A stretch of 25,854 nt of DNA from positions 1 through 25,854 of the IMG/VR virus record IMGVR_UViG_3300025696_000045; one strand, written 5' to 3'. Source of the DNA: a virus. Its lineage: Duplodnaviria > Caudoviricetes. The translations under genes were made by a program, and so were the position numbers. Positions 24,351 to 25,854 of this stretch are shown here, in pieces (positions within the stretch are counted from its first letter, which is position 1; every line of letters begins with the position of its first letter). The notes beneath the pieces were generated by a model. That model made no database searches. It saw only the letters and a list, made by a program, of their open reading frames with translations, and was not told where the DNA came from.

Positions 24351-25854
24351 ATGGGTTCCGCCCCTTGAGCTTCCAGATATTACGGGCACATCAAAGATTG
24401 CAATTGATGTCGAAACCCGGGACCCTAACCTAAAAAGAAATGGGCCCGGGTGGCCCACCGGGGACGGGGAAGTCGTAGGATATGCCGTAGCAGTTGACGG
24501 GTGGTCAGGTTACATTCCGATACGGCACTTTGGCGGCGGTAATCTGGACGAAAAACAAGTCAACAAATGGCTGCGCAAAGTGTTCGAATGCCCTGCCGAT
24601 AAGATCATGCACAACGCTCAATACGACTTGGGCTGGATCAAACAAATGGGCTTCACGGTCAACGGCCGCATAATCGATACAATGCTTGTAGCCTCCTTGC
24701 TTGATGAGAACAGGTTTAGTTACAGCCTTAACGCTCTAGCTTACGAGCATTTAGGCAAAACCAAATCAGAAAAGGCGCTGGTTGAAGCCGCTCGGGAGTT
24801 TGGTGTCGATCCGAAAGCCGAGATGTGGAAGATGCCCGCCATGTATGTTGGCCCGTATGCCGAAGTGGATGCCGTTCTTACGCTGGAGCTTTGGAATTAC
24901 TTTTCCACAAAGTTAGGTAAAGAAGACCTCTGGGACATAGCTAACACAGAACTCGACCTCCTGCCGTGCCTCGTTGATATGACCATGCGGGGTGTCCGCA
25001 TTGACGTGAACCGTGTTGAACGCACAAAAGACATGCTGCTCAAGCGCGAAAAGGAAGTGATGAAAGAAATAAAACGCATCACGGGAAGCGACGTAGAAAT
25101 ATGGGCGGCACAGTCCCTCTCAAAAGCTTTTGATAAGCTGAACGTAACTTATCCAAAAACAGAAAAAGGTGCGCCCTCGTTTACAAAACACTTCTTACAG
25201 GAGCATTCGCACCCCGTTTCCAAGCTGATTGTTGAAGCGCGGAACCTGAACAAAACGTCAGGCACCTTTATCAACACAATCATGAAGCATTGCCGTGCAG
25301 ATGGACGCATACATTCGCACATAAACCAGATCAGATCAGACGATGGGGGTACAGTATCGGGGCGCATATCCATGTCGAACCCCAACCTCCAACAAATCCC
25401 GGCCCGCGATCCAGAACTAGGTCCCATGATCCGCAGTCTGTTCCTGCCAGAAGAAGGCGACCAGTGGGCGGCCATCGATTACTCGCAGCAAGAACCACGC
25501 ATCTTGGTTCACTACGCACATGTTTATGGCAAAACACGCGGCATTCCTCTAGAAGGGGCGGCCGAGTTTGTCGAAGCATACAACACGGACCCCGAAACAG
25601 ACTTCCATACCATGGTTGCCGAGATGACAAACATTCCACGTAAGCAGGCTAAGACCATTAACCTCGGTCTGATGTATGGCATGGGCGTAAACAAGATGGC
25701 TGAGAGCTTGGACATTCCTGTCGAAGAAGCCAAAAAACTGGTCAAGCAGTACCATACTCGTGTCCCGTTCGTAAAAGGCCTGATGACTGGCGTCATGAAC
25801 AGGTTAAACGAGAAATCGTCGGCAGGCGCTCTGCGCTCATTGGGGGGACGTAAG
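24310..25854 (+). CDS. polA: Family A DNA polymerase with 3'-5' exonuclease; 3'-truncated (absent from ORF track because no stop is reached)
   Basis: Manual translation from ATG 24310 (RBS GAGG): ExoI IAIDVET, ExoII HNAQYD, ExoIII YAEVD, TVSGRISMSNPNLQQIP, motif A IDYSQQEPR, motif B RKQAKTINLGLMYG. No 5'-3' exonuclease domain. Confidence 0.95.
   Translation, partial: MANLQMAMFAPKSEWVPPLELPDITGTSKIAIDVETRDPNLKRNGPGWPTGDGEVVGYAVAVDGWSGYIPIRHFGGGNLDEKQVNKWLRKVFECPADKIMHNAQYDLGWIKQMGFTVNGRIIDTMLVASLLDENRFSYSLNALAYEHLGKTKSEKALVEAAREFGVDPKAEMWKMPAMYVGPYAEVDAVLTLELWNYFSTKLGKEDLWDIANTELDLLPCLVDMTMRGVRIDVNRVERTKDMLLKREKEVMKEIKRITGSDVEIWAAQSLSKAFDKLNVTYPKTEKGAPSFTKHFLQEHSHPVSKLIVEARNLNKTSGTFINTIMKHCRADGRIHSHINQIRSDDGGTVSGRISMSNPNLQQIPARDPELGPMIRSLFLPEEGDQWAAIDYSQQEPRILVHYAHVYGKTRGIPLEGAAEFVEAYNTDPETDFHTMVAEMTNIPRKQAKTINLGLMYGMGVNKMAESLDIPVEEAKKLVKQYHTRVPFVKGLMTGVMNRLNEKSSAGALRSLGGRK

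Noticed and set aside
119-25796. Numerous short antisense and alternative-frame ORFs in the track
   Set aside because: They are nested in long, motif-supported genes and lack recognisable motifs; treated as shadow ORFs.

Overview
The window is a segment of a tailed dsDNA bacteriophage genome, most likely a podovirus of a marine-type lineage. It is almost fully coding and contains no recognisable rRNA, tRNA, CRISPR array, integrase or IS element. Left arm (1-16147, + strand): a virion morphogenesis operon with a 5'-truncated repeat-built tail fibre ending in an intramolecular chaperone, two small fibre-associated proteins, a P22 gp10-like tail hub/stabilisation protein, two small genes (one a Zn ribbon), four large putative internal/ejection proteins and a lytic transglycosylase. 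Right arm (16154-25854): a replication module with a SNF2-like helicase on the - strand, then a dyad-symmetric bidirectional sigma70 promoter, an SSB-like protein, an AEP primase, a UvrD-like helicase, small accessory genes, a DUF6378-like gene and a 3'-truncated family A DNA polymerase (Leu762 type). From recall, not a search, this gene set resembles HTVC023P/CRP-901-like phages of marine Alphaproteobacteria. Most interesting signals: (1) three proteins carrying free-standing sigma70 region-4-like domains, one fused to a Ner-like HTH and one to an RNAP alpha-CTD-like domain; two of them lie in a cassette bounded by a 15-bp direct repeat, and the genome's central promoter is a palindrome of two perfect TTGACA boxes. 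(2) A recurrent [FYLM]-x-x-G-G-x-[VI] motif shared by otherwise unrelated virion proteins, a candidate processing or packaging signal. (3) An antimicrobial-peptide-like helix behind an acidic pro-region. (4) An exact 36-bp repeat bracketing the transglycosylase domain in frame. All product calls rest on motif recognition by eye.
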